From an uncultured bacterium (lineage in GTDB: Bacteria; Omnitrophota; Omnitrophia; Omnitrophales; Aquincolibacteriaceae): 64,000 bases of DNA. A model generated the notes under the pieces. It was not told the DNA's origin. It saw only the letters and a program-made list of their open reading frames with translations, and searched no databases. The position numbers and the translations under genes were made by a program. The stretch is taken from contig CAYLPP010000002.1 of NCBI GenBank assembly GCA_964385615.1, positions 40,518-104,517 of the forward strand, read 5' to 3'. Below are positions 43,220-54,900 of the stretch, piece by piece. The first letter of the stretch is position 1. Each line of letters starts with the position of its first letter.

Positions 43220-43351
43220 GTAAAGAGCACCCATGTTACCTTTTTGACCCGCGTTCGTAAATATCAAAGTCTTTGTTTCAATCCTCCGATTGAGATAGAA
43301 TACACCCTCTATGCCAACCCGAAAATTTGCTAGAAGAGGCACTGCTGCGCT

Positions 43352-45055
43352 GTGAGTTATCTCGTTTTCGCCCGCAAATTCCGTCCGCAGGGTTTTGAAG
43401 ATGTCGTGGGCCAGGAGCCCATTGTCACCACCCTTAAGAACGCCATCAAGCAGGAAAGAATCCCGCAAAACTTTCTTTTTTCAGGACCTCGCGGTGTCGG
43501 TAAAACCTCCACTGCCCGTATTCTGGCCAAAGCGCTGAATTGCGCTAAAGGTCCGACTGAAAACCCCTGCGGAAAATGCGTGTCCTGCGAAGAAATTACG
43601 CAAGGAACCTCGCTGGACGTTCTGGAAATTGACGGTGCTTCCAACCGAGGAATCGACGAGATTCGCAACTTGCGCGAGACCGTGAAATTCAAGCCGGTCA
43701 GCGCGCGGATGAAAATTTACATCATCGATGAAGTTCATATGCTGACTACTGAAGCTTTCAACGCGCTTCTGAAGACACTCGAAGAACCGCCCGCGCACGT
43801 CAAATTCGTTTTTGCCACGACGGAATCCCATAAAATGCCTCTGACGATTCTGTCGCGCTGTCACCGTTTCCAATTCAAAAGAATTCCCCTGAAACAGATT
43901 TCCGAGAAGCTTCAGGAAATTGCCAGGAAGGAAAAGCTTAAAGCTGAAAAAAACGCGCTTTTCCTGATCGCTCAGGCCAGCGAAGGTTCTCTGCGTGACG
44001 CGGAGAGCCTTTTGGATCAAATGGCCAGTTTCTCGAAAGGGGAGATTAAAGAAACGGATGTGTCTTCGCTTCTGGGCTTGGCCTCTGAGAGTATTTATTT
44101 TTCAGTGCTCACCGCGATTAAACAAAAAGACACGCAGAAAGTCTTTTCGACGATCGCGGAGCTTTACGATGGAGGCAAAGACCTCCCTCAGTTCGCTAAG
44201 GGTCTGCTTGAAACATTCCGCAGTTTAATTTTATGTCAAAGTACGGACAAGCCGGGCGATTTTATTGAAATCAGCGAAGAGGGTTTGGCTGAACTTCAAA
44301 AAAGAAAAAATGAATTCTCGAAAAATGAGATCATGCTCGCTCTTAATATTCTTGGAAATCTTCAAAACCAGCTGCGCCGTAATTTAGCACCGCCGAGGCT
44401 GTTAGTTGAAACCTCCCTTTTGAAACTGCTTCATCTGGAAGGTTTGTACGCGGTAGAAGCACTGCTTGAAGGTCAGGCGCCTTCTGCCCCTGCGGCGCCT
44501 GCGAGACCCGCCCATCAGCCGCCCGGCGCTTCTTACCGGACTCCGGCTTCTTCACCGGCACCTGCCGCCGTGAGACCGCCGGTTCAAAATATTGAAAAAA
44601 CTGTTTCCGCGCCCAAGGCCGCGCCCGCTTCGAATCGGACCGGTTCCGCTTCTTTTTCAGAGATTCAAGGGATTTGGCCTAGGGTCATTGAATATGTCAA
44701 AACCAAGCGGATGTCAGCGGGTATTTTCCTTTCCGAATCAGAACCGATTGAAGTCGCCGGCGGCGCGCTGACATTGGGGCTTCCGGCCGAATTTCAGTTT
44801 CATAAAGAGATGCTGGAAAAAAGCACCAACCGCCAGCTGATTGAAGAGGCCTTTGAAACGGTTTTGAATCAGAAGTTCCGTGTCCAGTTTGTCGTGACCC
44901 AGGGGCCGGCATCTCCCAAAGGTACGCCCGTTTCTGAAGAGCCGGCTCCCGCAGCCGCGCCCGCGCCGGAAGCCGCGGATTCCGCTCAAATGACCGACAT
45001 CCTTTCTCAAACCCTGAATATCTTTCAGGGTTCCAAAATTATCAGAGTTGAGTAA
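43352..45055 (+). CDS. dnaX: DNA polymerase III subunit gamma/tau
   Basis: AAA+ clamp-loader N-terminus FRPQGFEDVVGQE, Walker A GPRGVGKTS, zinc module CGKCVSCEE, SRC motif, and a Pro/Ala-rich linker. GTG start. Confidence 0.9.
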   Translation: MSYLVFARKFRPQGFEDVVGQEPIVTTLKNAIKQERIPQNFLFSGPRGVGKTSTARILAKALNCAKGPTENPCGKCVSCEEITQGTSLDVLEIDGASNRGIDEIRNLRETVKFKPVSARMKIYIIDEVHMLTTEAFNALLKTLEEPPAHVKFVFATTESHKMPLTILSRCHRFQFKRIPLKQISEKLQEIARKEKLKAEKNALFLIAQASEGSLRDAESLLDQMASFSKGEIKETDVSSLLGLASESIYFSVLTAIKQKDTQKVFSTIAELYDGGKDLPQFAKGLLETFRSLILCQSTDKPGDFIEISEEGLAELQKRKNEFSKNEIMLALNILGNLQNQLRRNLAPPRLLVETSLLKLLHLEGLYAVEALLEGQAPSAPAAPARPAHQPPGASYRTPASSPAPAAVRPPVQNIEKTVSAPKAAPASNRTGSASFSEIQGIWPRVIEYVKTKRMSAGIFLSESEPIEVAGGALTLGLPAEFQFHKEMLEKSTNRQLIEEAFETVLNQKFRVQFVVTQGPASPKGTPVSEEPAPAAAPAPEAADSAQMTDILSQTLNIFQGSKIIRVE

Positions 45056-45070
45056 ATAAGGTTTTTCATT

Positions 45071-45676
45071 ATGGCTCTCAAAGGTTACGCGGACTGGATG
45101 TCTCAGTTGGTCGAGGCGTTGACCAAACTTCCCGGGGTGGGCCGCCGCTCGGCTGAGCGCATGGTTTTCTACCTTTTACGCGCGTCTAAACCGGAAGCGC
45201 TGAAACTCTCCTCTCTGATTACCGCCGTTAAAGAAAATATTTTCTTTTGTGACCGCTGTCATAATTTCGCTGACGCGAAAATCTGCCATATTTGTTCCGA
45301 TCCCGGCCGGGATAAAGGAATTATTTGCGTGGTTGAAGATCCCAAAGACGTCATCGCGATTGAAAAAACGGGGAGTTATGCCGGAGTTTATCATGTTTTG
45401 CTTGGTGTCCTGTCGCCCTTGGAAGGCGTAGGTCCGGATGAAATTCAGATCATTGATCTGATCCGGCGTGTCAAAGAAGAAAAAATCAGAGAAGTGATTC
45501 TTGCTACGAACCCAAACACAGAGGGTGAAGCCACCGCTCTTTATATCAGCCGAATGATCAAGTCTTCGGGAGTCAAGGTTTCGCGGATTGCGCGGGGCAT
45601 TCCGGTCGGCAGTCACATTGAATATACCGACCAAGCGACGCTTTCCCGCGCTTTGGAAGGCCGGCTTCCAGCGTAA
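45071..45676 (+). CDS. recR: recombination protein RecR
   Basis: HhH region, C4 zinc finger CDRCHNFADAKICHIC, and Toprim domain GIICVVEDPKDV. Confidence 0.9.
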   Translation: MALKGYADWMSQLVEALTKLPGVGRRSAERMVFYLLRASKPEALKLSSLITAVKENIFFCDRCHNFADAKICHICSDPGRDKGIICVVEDPKDVIAIEKTGSYAGVYHVLLGVLSPLEGVGPDEIQIIDLIRRVKEEKIREVILATNPNTEGEATALYISRMIKSSGVKVSRIARGIPVGSHIEYTDQATLSRALEGRLPA

Positions 45677-45681
45677 CATCA

Positions 45682-45705
45682 GTACTTGCGCATCGGCGCA
45701 AGTAC
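45682..45705. repeat. 10-bp perfect palindrome GTACTTGCGC-ATCG-GCGCAAGTAC (REP-like), second copy at 149-172
   Basis: The same stem sequence (ACTTGCGC...GCGCAAGT) with a 4-nt loop occurs at 149-172, upstream of the ABC ATPase gene. The 45682 copy is flanked by the 16-bp direct repeats CCGGCTTCCAGCGTAA and CCGGCTTCCAGCGTGA. Confidence 0.5.
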
Positions 45706-45965
45706 CGGCTTCCAGCGTGAAGCCAATTGTCTGAGGGGTGCTTGAAACCCTTGGTTTTGGCCTAAAAATCAGTCCTGTCTTTTTATAGCAATCTAGCGCA
45801 TTTCCGCATAACGGATAACGGCATTATTTTTTCTGTTTTGAAAAAGCGGGAATTTGCACCCGGTTTCTTGACTTGTCAGATAAGCCGTGTTACTTTTTTT
45901 CCGCCTTTCGGTTTTAAACCCCTTTTTCAGCAGTAAAAAAATATTCTTAAAAGGTGATACTTTTT

Positions 45966-48900
45966 ATGTCTGGAAACTCCAAAAGCCGCTTCTCTCTTCC
46001 TTTAAGGGCCGTCAGTCTGACTGTGGCGCTTCTTTTCAGCGTTCAGACTCTTTTGTCCGCGGCGCCTGCCGTGAACCCCCAGCAGAAGGTTTTTCAGAAT
46101 TTTCAGATTTCCGAAGAACTAGGAAGAGTTGAAGAAGCTTTTCTTCCTGAAACGGCGGATTCTTCCAAGGCGTTGATCGTTCATATACGCGACGCTCACG
46201 CCCAGCCTGAAGCTCAGCGTAAAATTCAAGCGATTCTCAACTCTCTTGCCGTGAATAAAAAGATCGAGTTGGTGGCCGCTGAGGCCGCTTTTGGGCCGAT
46301 TGATGCTTCCGTTTTGAAACTTCTACCGGATGATAAATCCAACCGCGCTATGGCGGAAGATATGGCGGATTCTGGCGAAGTGAACGGCGTTGAACTTTTC
46401 GCGCTTCAAAATGACCACGGCATTGAATTGCGGGGTGTTGAAGACCCGGAGCTTTACCGCCAGAGCCTGCAGATTTTCGCAAGTCTTAAAAAATCCAAGC
46501 AATCAATCAAAGATGTTTTGTCCGCTTACCGGACGGCTGTTGAAAGCCTGGAAGCGCGTCTTTTGAACCCGGAACTTCAGCAATACCTCATTAAGAAAAG
46601 ATCCTGGGAACAGAACCATGATATTTCGCTCGATTATTTCCGCTACCTTCAGACGCTTGCCCGGAAAAAACTGAATCTGGATTTAAGCGGAGCCGGCTTC
46701 CAGTTTGAATGGCCTCAGATGGTCCGGTTGATCAAAACGGCCGAAATGGATTCGGCTCTGGACCGTGAACGCGCGGTTTCCGAAACTCTCCAGCTGGCTG
46801 AAACTTTCGAGAAATCGGCGGGTTTGGGGCGGGACTATATCGCTCCTGGACTGCGTCAGCTGGTTTCCCGCGATTCAAACGGGGATTTCCGCCTCTGGAT
46901 GCTTCAGCATCCGGCTGCTGGAGTCCAGTCCATCCGTCATTTTTACGAAGCTTTGTGGCGTGAAAGCAAGAAACAGAAGATTTCACTTTTGCAGTATCCC
47001 GAATTTCTCGCTCTGGGCGGAAGTTTGATTTTGAGAGATGAAATTGACGCGCCCGCGCTTTTTTCTGAAGCCGAAAAACTGGAACGTCTTATCGAAAAAG
47101 AAATTGTACGCACTGAAGAAGAGAAAAAACTTTTCGCGATTTCTTCGGACTTAGCGTTGGCCGGGCGTCTTCTTTCCCTGGAGCTTACGCGCGCTGATTA
47201 TCCCATGTATCTTCAAAGAGCAGGCGAGTTTGAACCGGAAGTTTTTCGCCGCCGGGTTCAGGATTTTTCAGGCCGTAAACAAAAACTCCCGCTTCTTTCC
47301 GGGGACTTGCTTGAAAAGGCCTCTGAGTTTTACAGGCTTTCAGTTCTTCGCGATCAGACTTTAATCGAAAAAACTCTTGCGGCGGCGTCCGGCAGGCCGG
47401 CTGCGCTTGTCGCCGGCGGTTTTCATAGCGAAGGGCTTCTCGAAATCCTGAAAGCGAAGAATATTCCCTATATTTCCATCACCCCTAAAATTAATAACCT
47501 TGCCGATGAGAGCCTTTACGAAAAAGCCATGATTGGTTCCGGGAATCCGGCTTTTGCCCAGCTTTCCGTCAACACTCTGGGAGTTCAGTTTTTAGCTCAG
47601 CCCGCGCGGGTTTATCAGAAAGTTTCAGGCAGTCCGAGTCAGACAGCCCGTCTTTTGCGCGGTCTTCTAGTTTCCGGCGTGAGAGCGATGTCCTCTGAAA
47701 GACGCGGTTCCCTGGAGATTTATCAGACTGTTACGGACGCGATTTCGAGCCATCCTGATATTTTTGGCAATAATGCCCGCGTTATTCTTCGTGAACAGGT
47801 TCCGGTTCAGCTCCGCGCGGGGAAAACGGCTGTTGATGTTCTCTATTTAGATATTCCTTCTCTTGGCCTGAAGAAAGAGTTGACCTTGCGGAATGGAAGA
47901 ATGTTTGAAGTCAGCCCGCTGGTCCGCTTTTCGGATGAACAGCCGGCTGAAAATGTTCAAGCCCGCTCTGAAACAAGAATTTCCCGAAAAAAGCTTATCG
48001 CGGGCGCGGCTGTTCTGTTTCTGGGTTTAGGGATTACTGGCGGTATTTATGAATTCAACCGGCGCGCGGAAATCGCGAGACAGGAAGCGATAGACGCGTC
48101 CCGGATCCGGTATTTTAAAATTGACGTTCCGGTCCGGTATACGCCGAATTATGACCGCCCTCAGACTTATTCCACCGCGGAACTTCAAAAGATTCAGAAA
48201 GAAACAATCGTGAAGGTTAGCGCTGTTCTTGGTGTTAATTTTGATTCGGGGCAGAAAGCTCATGTTAAAGCTCTCGCGGACTTTTACGGATTGACTCATA
48301 CCGGCACGGTATCTCCCGTTATGACAGACGGTGATGTTGAATGGTGGGTTAAATTTTCCTCGAACAGAAGAAAAATCAGCCACTGGACCCAGGATCAGGA
48401 AAATGAAGCGCTGGTCCTGCAGTTTTTCTGGAGATGGCAGACACGGGAAGTGATGGAGCATTACGGTGTTGTTTCCAAGCATCAAGGGGATATTAGCGCG
48501 ATTTCCGAAGCTTCGGACGCGGCTAGGAGCCTTGAGCCGGCAGTTGACGCTTTATTCATTAAGGCAACCCGGAATCATCAGGAAATTCCGGCCTTTATCC
48601 GCGACCGGAAACTTCGCTCTGAAGCGCGTGTCACACGGTCTCCCGAAGAGCTTTATGTGATCAGTGAAATTGTTCGTCTAGTTAGTGTGTTGGATTCCAA
48701 AGGCCTTCGCGCCAAGATTCACGGCCGTAACCTTCTGGAGTTTGGCAGTCACGGTGAAGCCCTTGTTTCTTTTATTCAGCGTTACAGCGTACTGAAGAAT
48801 CTTGATGATATCCGCCGGGTCTTGGCCTGGCGTTTGGATCTTGAATCCAAATCAGGTTTGCCGCTGAATGGTATGGACGCTTCCAAGTCGGCGGAAAAAA

Positions 48901-51900
48901 CCCGGCTGATTTACGAGTCCATTTTTGACCCTGCTGCTTTTCTTAAACACTGGGCTGAGAGAAAACCTAACGAGCCGCATCCTCTTAACATTGTTTTCTT
49001 CCGCCGCGCGCAGAGCGGAGCGGAAATCACCAACCTTTTGAAGTCTCTTCCGAATGTGAATGTCCAGATCGTTTTGAGCGCCACCGATGACGGGCTGGGC
49101 TGGTATGAAGCCGCGCGCCAGTTTCGCGCCACCGGAGTTCCCGGCGCAGGCAAGGCCCTGCTGGACTTGGCGCAGGATTTTCACGCCAAGGATTTTCTGG
49201 CGTTCCGTCTTTCCGGGAAAGGCAAGGGTGATGATGAGTTTACCCGTGATTTTACCGCGCTCGTTCTGAAGCTTCACGCCCCGCATGATGCCAACTTGGT
49301 CCTTTCCGATGAAATGAAGATCATTTTTCAGAAAGCTATGAGGATGAATATTGAAAAAAGAAGAGCTATGGCGGATTATCTGGAGACCTTCCTTGAAGAA
49401 GTTCAGCGCCGGCATCGGGAAAACGCGGACTTTACGTTCCGTCTGAAAAATATTCCGCTTCGAAGCCTTGTACTCCTTGGCGCTTCCCTGAAATTTAAGA
49501 GTGATGGCGAATTGACGGATTACTGGCAAAAAGCATTAGACGCGACGGCGGTCCTGCTTGACGTAAAAGCGGGTAACCGCGTTATTTTCCCTACCCGCGA
49601 AAGACAGCATCTGCTCGCCGTGCGTGAAGACGGTACAGTCTACTTTTCAGAAACCGGGGTTAACCGTTACGGGTATGAGCCCCCTTTCCTCGGCTACACT
49701 ACCGACTCTTCATTTTTAGGTCTTTGGCTGGTCAGCGAAACCGTGGATGAGGCTTTTATTGAATCCATTAAATCCAAATTATCAGCTGAAGGCATTGAAC
49801 TAGGAGATATTCCTGAAGCCGCGCTTCCGGCGGAAATTTCACGGGAAAACCGGCGGGAAGTCATCGCGACCACTAAAAAAGTCCAGCCTGATCAGGCCGC
49901 GCGCGTCGCGCAGCTTTTTTCTGAAATGTCGACAACCGCTGTTAGTGCCGATTCCGTGAACCGTGTGCCGGTTTCTTTGGAGGCGGATGCCGCGATCCGC
50001 TCTGCGGATGTTGTTTTCTATACTACGGCGGCTTTTGAAACCAACGTTGGCGCGGCGTTGATCGTCCCGGGCGTTGAAGACGCTATTAAACAAAATCGTA
50101 AAGCCGTGAAAATCGCTCTCGCGGAAATCAACGGCGGTAATGAAAAGAACCTCCCGCTTCTCGCGCTTAAAAATATCGAACGTTATTTGAGTCATTCCCC
50201 TATGGGTGACCTGACTCATGTTCAGGACCACGCGGATTTTGTTCTTGCGGGTCTTTTGGGCAGTCAGGATCCTAACAAGGCAGTTCCATATTTAATTGAA
50301 ACGGAACAGGCGGCGGGCGGATTAGTTTCCGCGGTCGCGCTTGATGCCAGAACTGACGAAACCCATGGATTTTACAGTTCTCCTGTATTAAGCGAAGCTA
50401 TGATTGCGCTGGTTGGGCTCAAAGCCGCGGACTTTCGCGTGTCGGACTCCGGCGGGCTGATGCCGGACGCTAAAGCTGTGGATTCCGTTTCCCGGGAAAA
50501 TAATCAGGCTGGTCTTTTCCGTAAAAAGAAACCGGTTGCGGCTCTGATCCGTGAAATTAAAACAAATTTTCCGAGAATCGTGAAAGAGGGCGCGTTTGCC
50601 TTTGACGTAGACATGACTCTTCTTCCTAAAAATTCGGATGAACTGACCGACTACCCCGAACTGGCTTATCTTTTAATGAGAATGCTTCGCGAGGGTGTGA
50701 CGGTTTCTATTATTTCGGGCAACTCTTTTGAAGAGCAGGGCGCGAGAATCCTGGAAGCGATTAAAAGAGAAATGAAAGACGATTTTTCAGCGCTCGATAA
50801 TCTGGTTTTTTATGTCAGCGGCGGCGCGACCCGCTTTAACATTAATAAAAATGGGGAAGTCGTTCCTGACGCGGAGTACAACCGCAGTCACGAGCTGAAT
50901 CTCGATATTCTTAAAAGCGGCGTCAATCAGGCTTTGAGAGAACTGGCGGCCAAGAATTTTGGTTTGAATCCGGATCAGCTGGCGGCGTTTATATCGGAAA
51001 CTCAGAAGAAAAACGGCAGTCACGTCACCTTTCCATGGAAAGACGGCGGTGTTTGGGAACCGGAATGGCTGACTCCCGCCGAGGTCAAGGCTCGTAAGGA
51101 AAAGAAGCAGCCCCTGGCGTTTCCGTGGGTTGAAGTGCGGGGCGACTTCATCACCCCTGGCAGTATTGTGGCAAGTATTACCGTAAAACCGATGCAAGTC
51201 TTTGAGTATGAGGGTAATAAGATCGACCTTCGCGATGAGTTTCAGGCTCACCTGAGAACTCTAATGTTTGAAAATCAGGGGAGCTTTGTGATCCGTTCCG
51301 GCGGGACCTCTTCCACGGATATTACAACCAGCACAGCCAATAAAAATGTCGCGCTTGAAAACCTGATCGCCAGCCGCGGCCTGGATGCTAAATGGGTTTT
51401 TTATTTTGGGGATGAATTTTACCAAAGACAAGTAGCCGTGAGCTCTGGAACTGTCACGCAGTTGGGTAACGATGAAGCCATCGCCCTCGACCCGAATCTT
51501 TCCGCGTTCCGCACGCTTGCTGTCAATTCCACGGATATGAAAGGTGCTTCCGCAAAAACAATCTGGATTGGGCGCTCTCCTCAGGCCACGCTCGAATTTT
51601 TGGAATCAGTGGTGATTAATCCTGCTGAAATTTCCAAAAGATCGGAAGTCCGGATTAATTTCAGCCGTGATGACCAGGCTCCGCAGGAGTTCTCCGCCGA
51701 AGTTGGTATTGAGGGAAGCTCCAAAGCGGTTTACGCGGAAAAAGATCCTGAAAGCCGCGCCGTTTATGTTTGGGTCAAAGAGAAAGGCACTCAGGGAGGC
51801 GTAAGTCAGGCGCTCCTTCTGCCGGATCTCGCCGGTAATGATGTCAGCGCTGTTGATGCCGCCCGGACGCTTGCTGATTATCTCGCGGGATGGGTTAAAG

Positions 51901-54900
51901 CCGGCACCATTAAAGGTGACGCGCGTCTTCAGCTTTATCTGATCCCGCTCCTGATGACTCTTGATTCAAGGCATCCTGCTCCCGCGCCTGGAACCGTCAT
52001 CTATCTTTCGCTTACTAAAGTTAAGGAAGCAACTGCCAAGATGCGCTCCGAAGCGCGCGCGGAGTCAAAGGAATCTACTGAGAATTTTCCTCCTGCCTTT
52101 GACTCGTTTATTTGGCCGCAGCTCCCTCAGGAGGTCTCACCTTTTTGGAATCCCTCCGCGGCGGATGTCACTTTTGTAAATAATGGGGAATTCAAAGCTG
52201 TACTAGTCATTCCGGCGGCTGTGACCGTAAAATTAAAAACCGGCGGAAATACTGGGCCAACACTGGTGACGATTATTGAGGCGTCCTTGCGGAATGCCGG
52301 ATACGCTCCCGAAGATTACCAAATTAAGATAGAAAGGAAAGTGGATCACAAAGTAGAAATTTATTTTAAAAAACTGCTCGGTTCTTCCCGCTCAGAAGCG
52401 CGGATGGTGACGGCTAACGATGGTTGGCTGGATTCTGATGAAAAGACGCGCTTAATGAATGGGTTTTTTCAGAATTCAAAAATTGATCCTGCCTGGCATT
52501 TCATTACCGGCGTCGACAATATGCAGGTTGTGGCAACGCTTCACGAACCTGACCGCCCCGCGGGGCCTGTAGAAGCTGATCCTCGGTTTTTTTGGCCGCA
52601 TGTCTCTAGTGCTTTATGGACACTTCAATGGCTCGCCAATAATAAAAATGAATTTCTTAAAGACCGTGGAGACGCGGCTCTATTGACTTCGCTGGAGGAT
52701 TGGCTGACAGGTTGGAAGCAGATTCTTCTTCGCGTTATCAGCAATGAAGGGGAACGTGATAACGCGCCTCAGTTTCAGAAAGGAATTTTAGAAGCATACC
52801 TTTATCTCCTGGATACTCCTGAGGAAATTCGCCAGCGGGTGGATTGGTTCGGCGATGTGCTGGAAGTGACTAATGGCATTGTGTCGGATATTTTTGAAGG
52901 GTCCGTTTCAATGGGCGCTTTTGTCGCGCCGAATGCGGCCCTGAGCATGCCGGATGCGGCTTATTTTTACCGTTGGGTGGTACGCGGGAAAGTGGATCTC
53001 CAGGTTTCGGATAATTTAATTGCCGATGTCCCGGTTAACGTGGCCCGGTTGGCTGAAGCGACAAAAAAGCGGGCAGATCAGCTGAAGATTGCTCTTTTAA
53101 TTCGCCCCAGGCATTTCGCGGTGATTGAAGAATTGATCAAAGCGGGCATCCAGATTCCTGAAAGCGACAAAGCCCGGTATGATGCCATTTTAGCGATCGG
53201 AGATGAAGCTGTTCAAAAAGCCGAAAAGCTTAAATTTTTCGGCGGGCTTGAGAAGCAATCCAAAGAAAAAGGTTATTTGGTCTGGGGGAACATTGTACTG
53301 GCTGCTGACGGAGATATGATGCCTGCTTTTGCGGTTATGACTGAAGATCTTGATGCTGTGATCGCGGCCGGAGGCCCGAATGAAGTTCTCTTGGGCGCTA
53401 TGATTGCCAAGATTTTCAACGGTTCATTTAAAGGGCGCCTGGTGCCCGCGGATGCTTTGAAAGAAGAAAATAGAACCGCGAATATTACGACTGCGAAATG
53501 GAATTCGGCGGAACGTCAGAAACTTCTGGAGCATAACCTGTTTCCTCCTGATGTTACTGCGAATGAGAGGCTGGCGATTCTTAAAGAAGTGGCTGAAAAT
53601 CCTTACGCATTGAATAAAAATCTGACGGAAGCTCAGCGCCATGTCGATTATGTCTGGACTCAAGATGAAGCTGTTCCCGGTAATGACGGTGTTTTTTACG
53701 CGGCGACCGCTAAAATGTCCCCTGTCGGCAGTCCCTGGGTTAAAGCTCTTAAGGGAATCGAGTTTGATGCTGCTTCAGGAAATGTTTCAGTCTATCAAAT
53801 TCGAGCTGGTCTTTCAGGGGATGTCCGCGTTTTTAGAGTTATTTTTAAAACCGTTATTGCGGGCTTGCGCGATCAGATTCACGCGATTGAATTTGGGAGT
53901 GAATATGATGCCCGCGCTTCCCGGGTTTTTCAGGAGAGTGAATCTGAAAAACTCTATGATCTTTACTACGCGCTAGGCCGCGCGCTTTTCCGTTTCCGGC
54001 AGTATGAAGAAGCTTTTACGGCTTTTGAAGAAGCTCGGCGCAATGCCTCAGGGAATCCCGGCCGTTTGGCGAAAATCGAAGCTGTGATTGCCCATTACGC
54101 AGGATTGCAGACTTTGGTTCGGGAAAAGGATTCTCCTAATGAAAAAGCCCTGCCGTATTTTATCGAAGCCTCTAAGACGGATCATCAGGATTTAGAAGGT
54201 TCAGCGGGAAGCCGTGTGTTGGCCCAACTCCTTCTTAAATTCTTAGCTGAAAAAATCGAGAAAGAGTTAAAGAAAAACTTTGATTCTGAAGCCAAGGATA
54301 AAGCGCTTGGGTTTCTTCAGCAAAGGACCTTGATTGCCCCTGAAACCGCGGATGAGAACCGGGAAATTCGTGATCGCATTTCAAATATTACGGCAAAATC
54401 CGAGGTTCGATCAGTAGTTCAGGTTCAGACGGTTGAACTTCCCAAAGCGACTGAACCGCTGGAGATTTTCAGGAAACTTCCCGGGCTTGAAAATGCGGGG
54501 GTTTCTGAAGCTCAGGATTTCATCAGAAAGTATCATTTGCGCGCCACCGTTCAATATGAGGGCGGATCGGAGCTGGAGCTTGACGATCTTGATCGGTCTT
54601 TGGAGAAAAACTGGAAAATTGGAGGAGACCGGAAAGCTGCTGTCCGTTTGCGCTACTATCCGTTTCCCCAGGATAAGCAGACTCTGCGGAACGCCATTGC
54701 CTCGCTCGCGGGAGTGCTTGTTTACGCGCTTGAAAAGGACTATCCGGATCAGGAAATCGAAGCCTATAAAATCGCGCGTGTTCCCACGGATGAAGAGCCT
54801 GTTACGGTGCAGGAACTCAAGACATTTCTCGATAATTTGAGTGTTAACCTGATTTACAAACCCGAGAACACGGATTTAGATCAGTCTGAAGGGTGGTATT

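Noticed and set aside
43046-43468. 140-aa - strand ORF overlapping the tRNA-Ser and the dnaX start
   Set aside because: The region is better explained by a tRNA gene with clear cloverleaf elements and by the dnaX N-terminus with the canonical clamp-loader start; the ORF is spurious.
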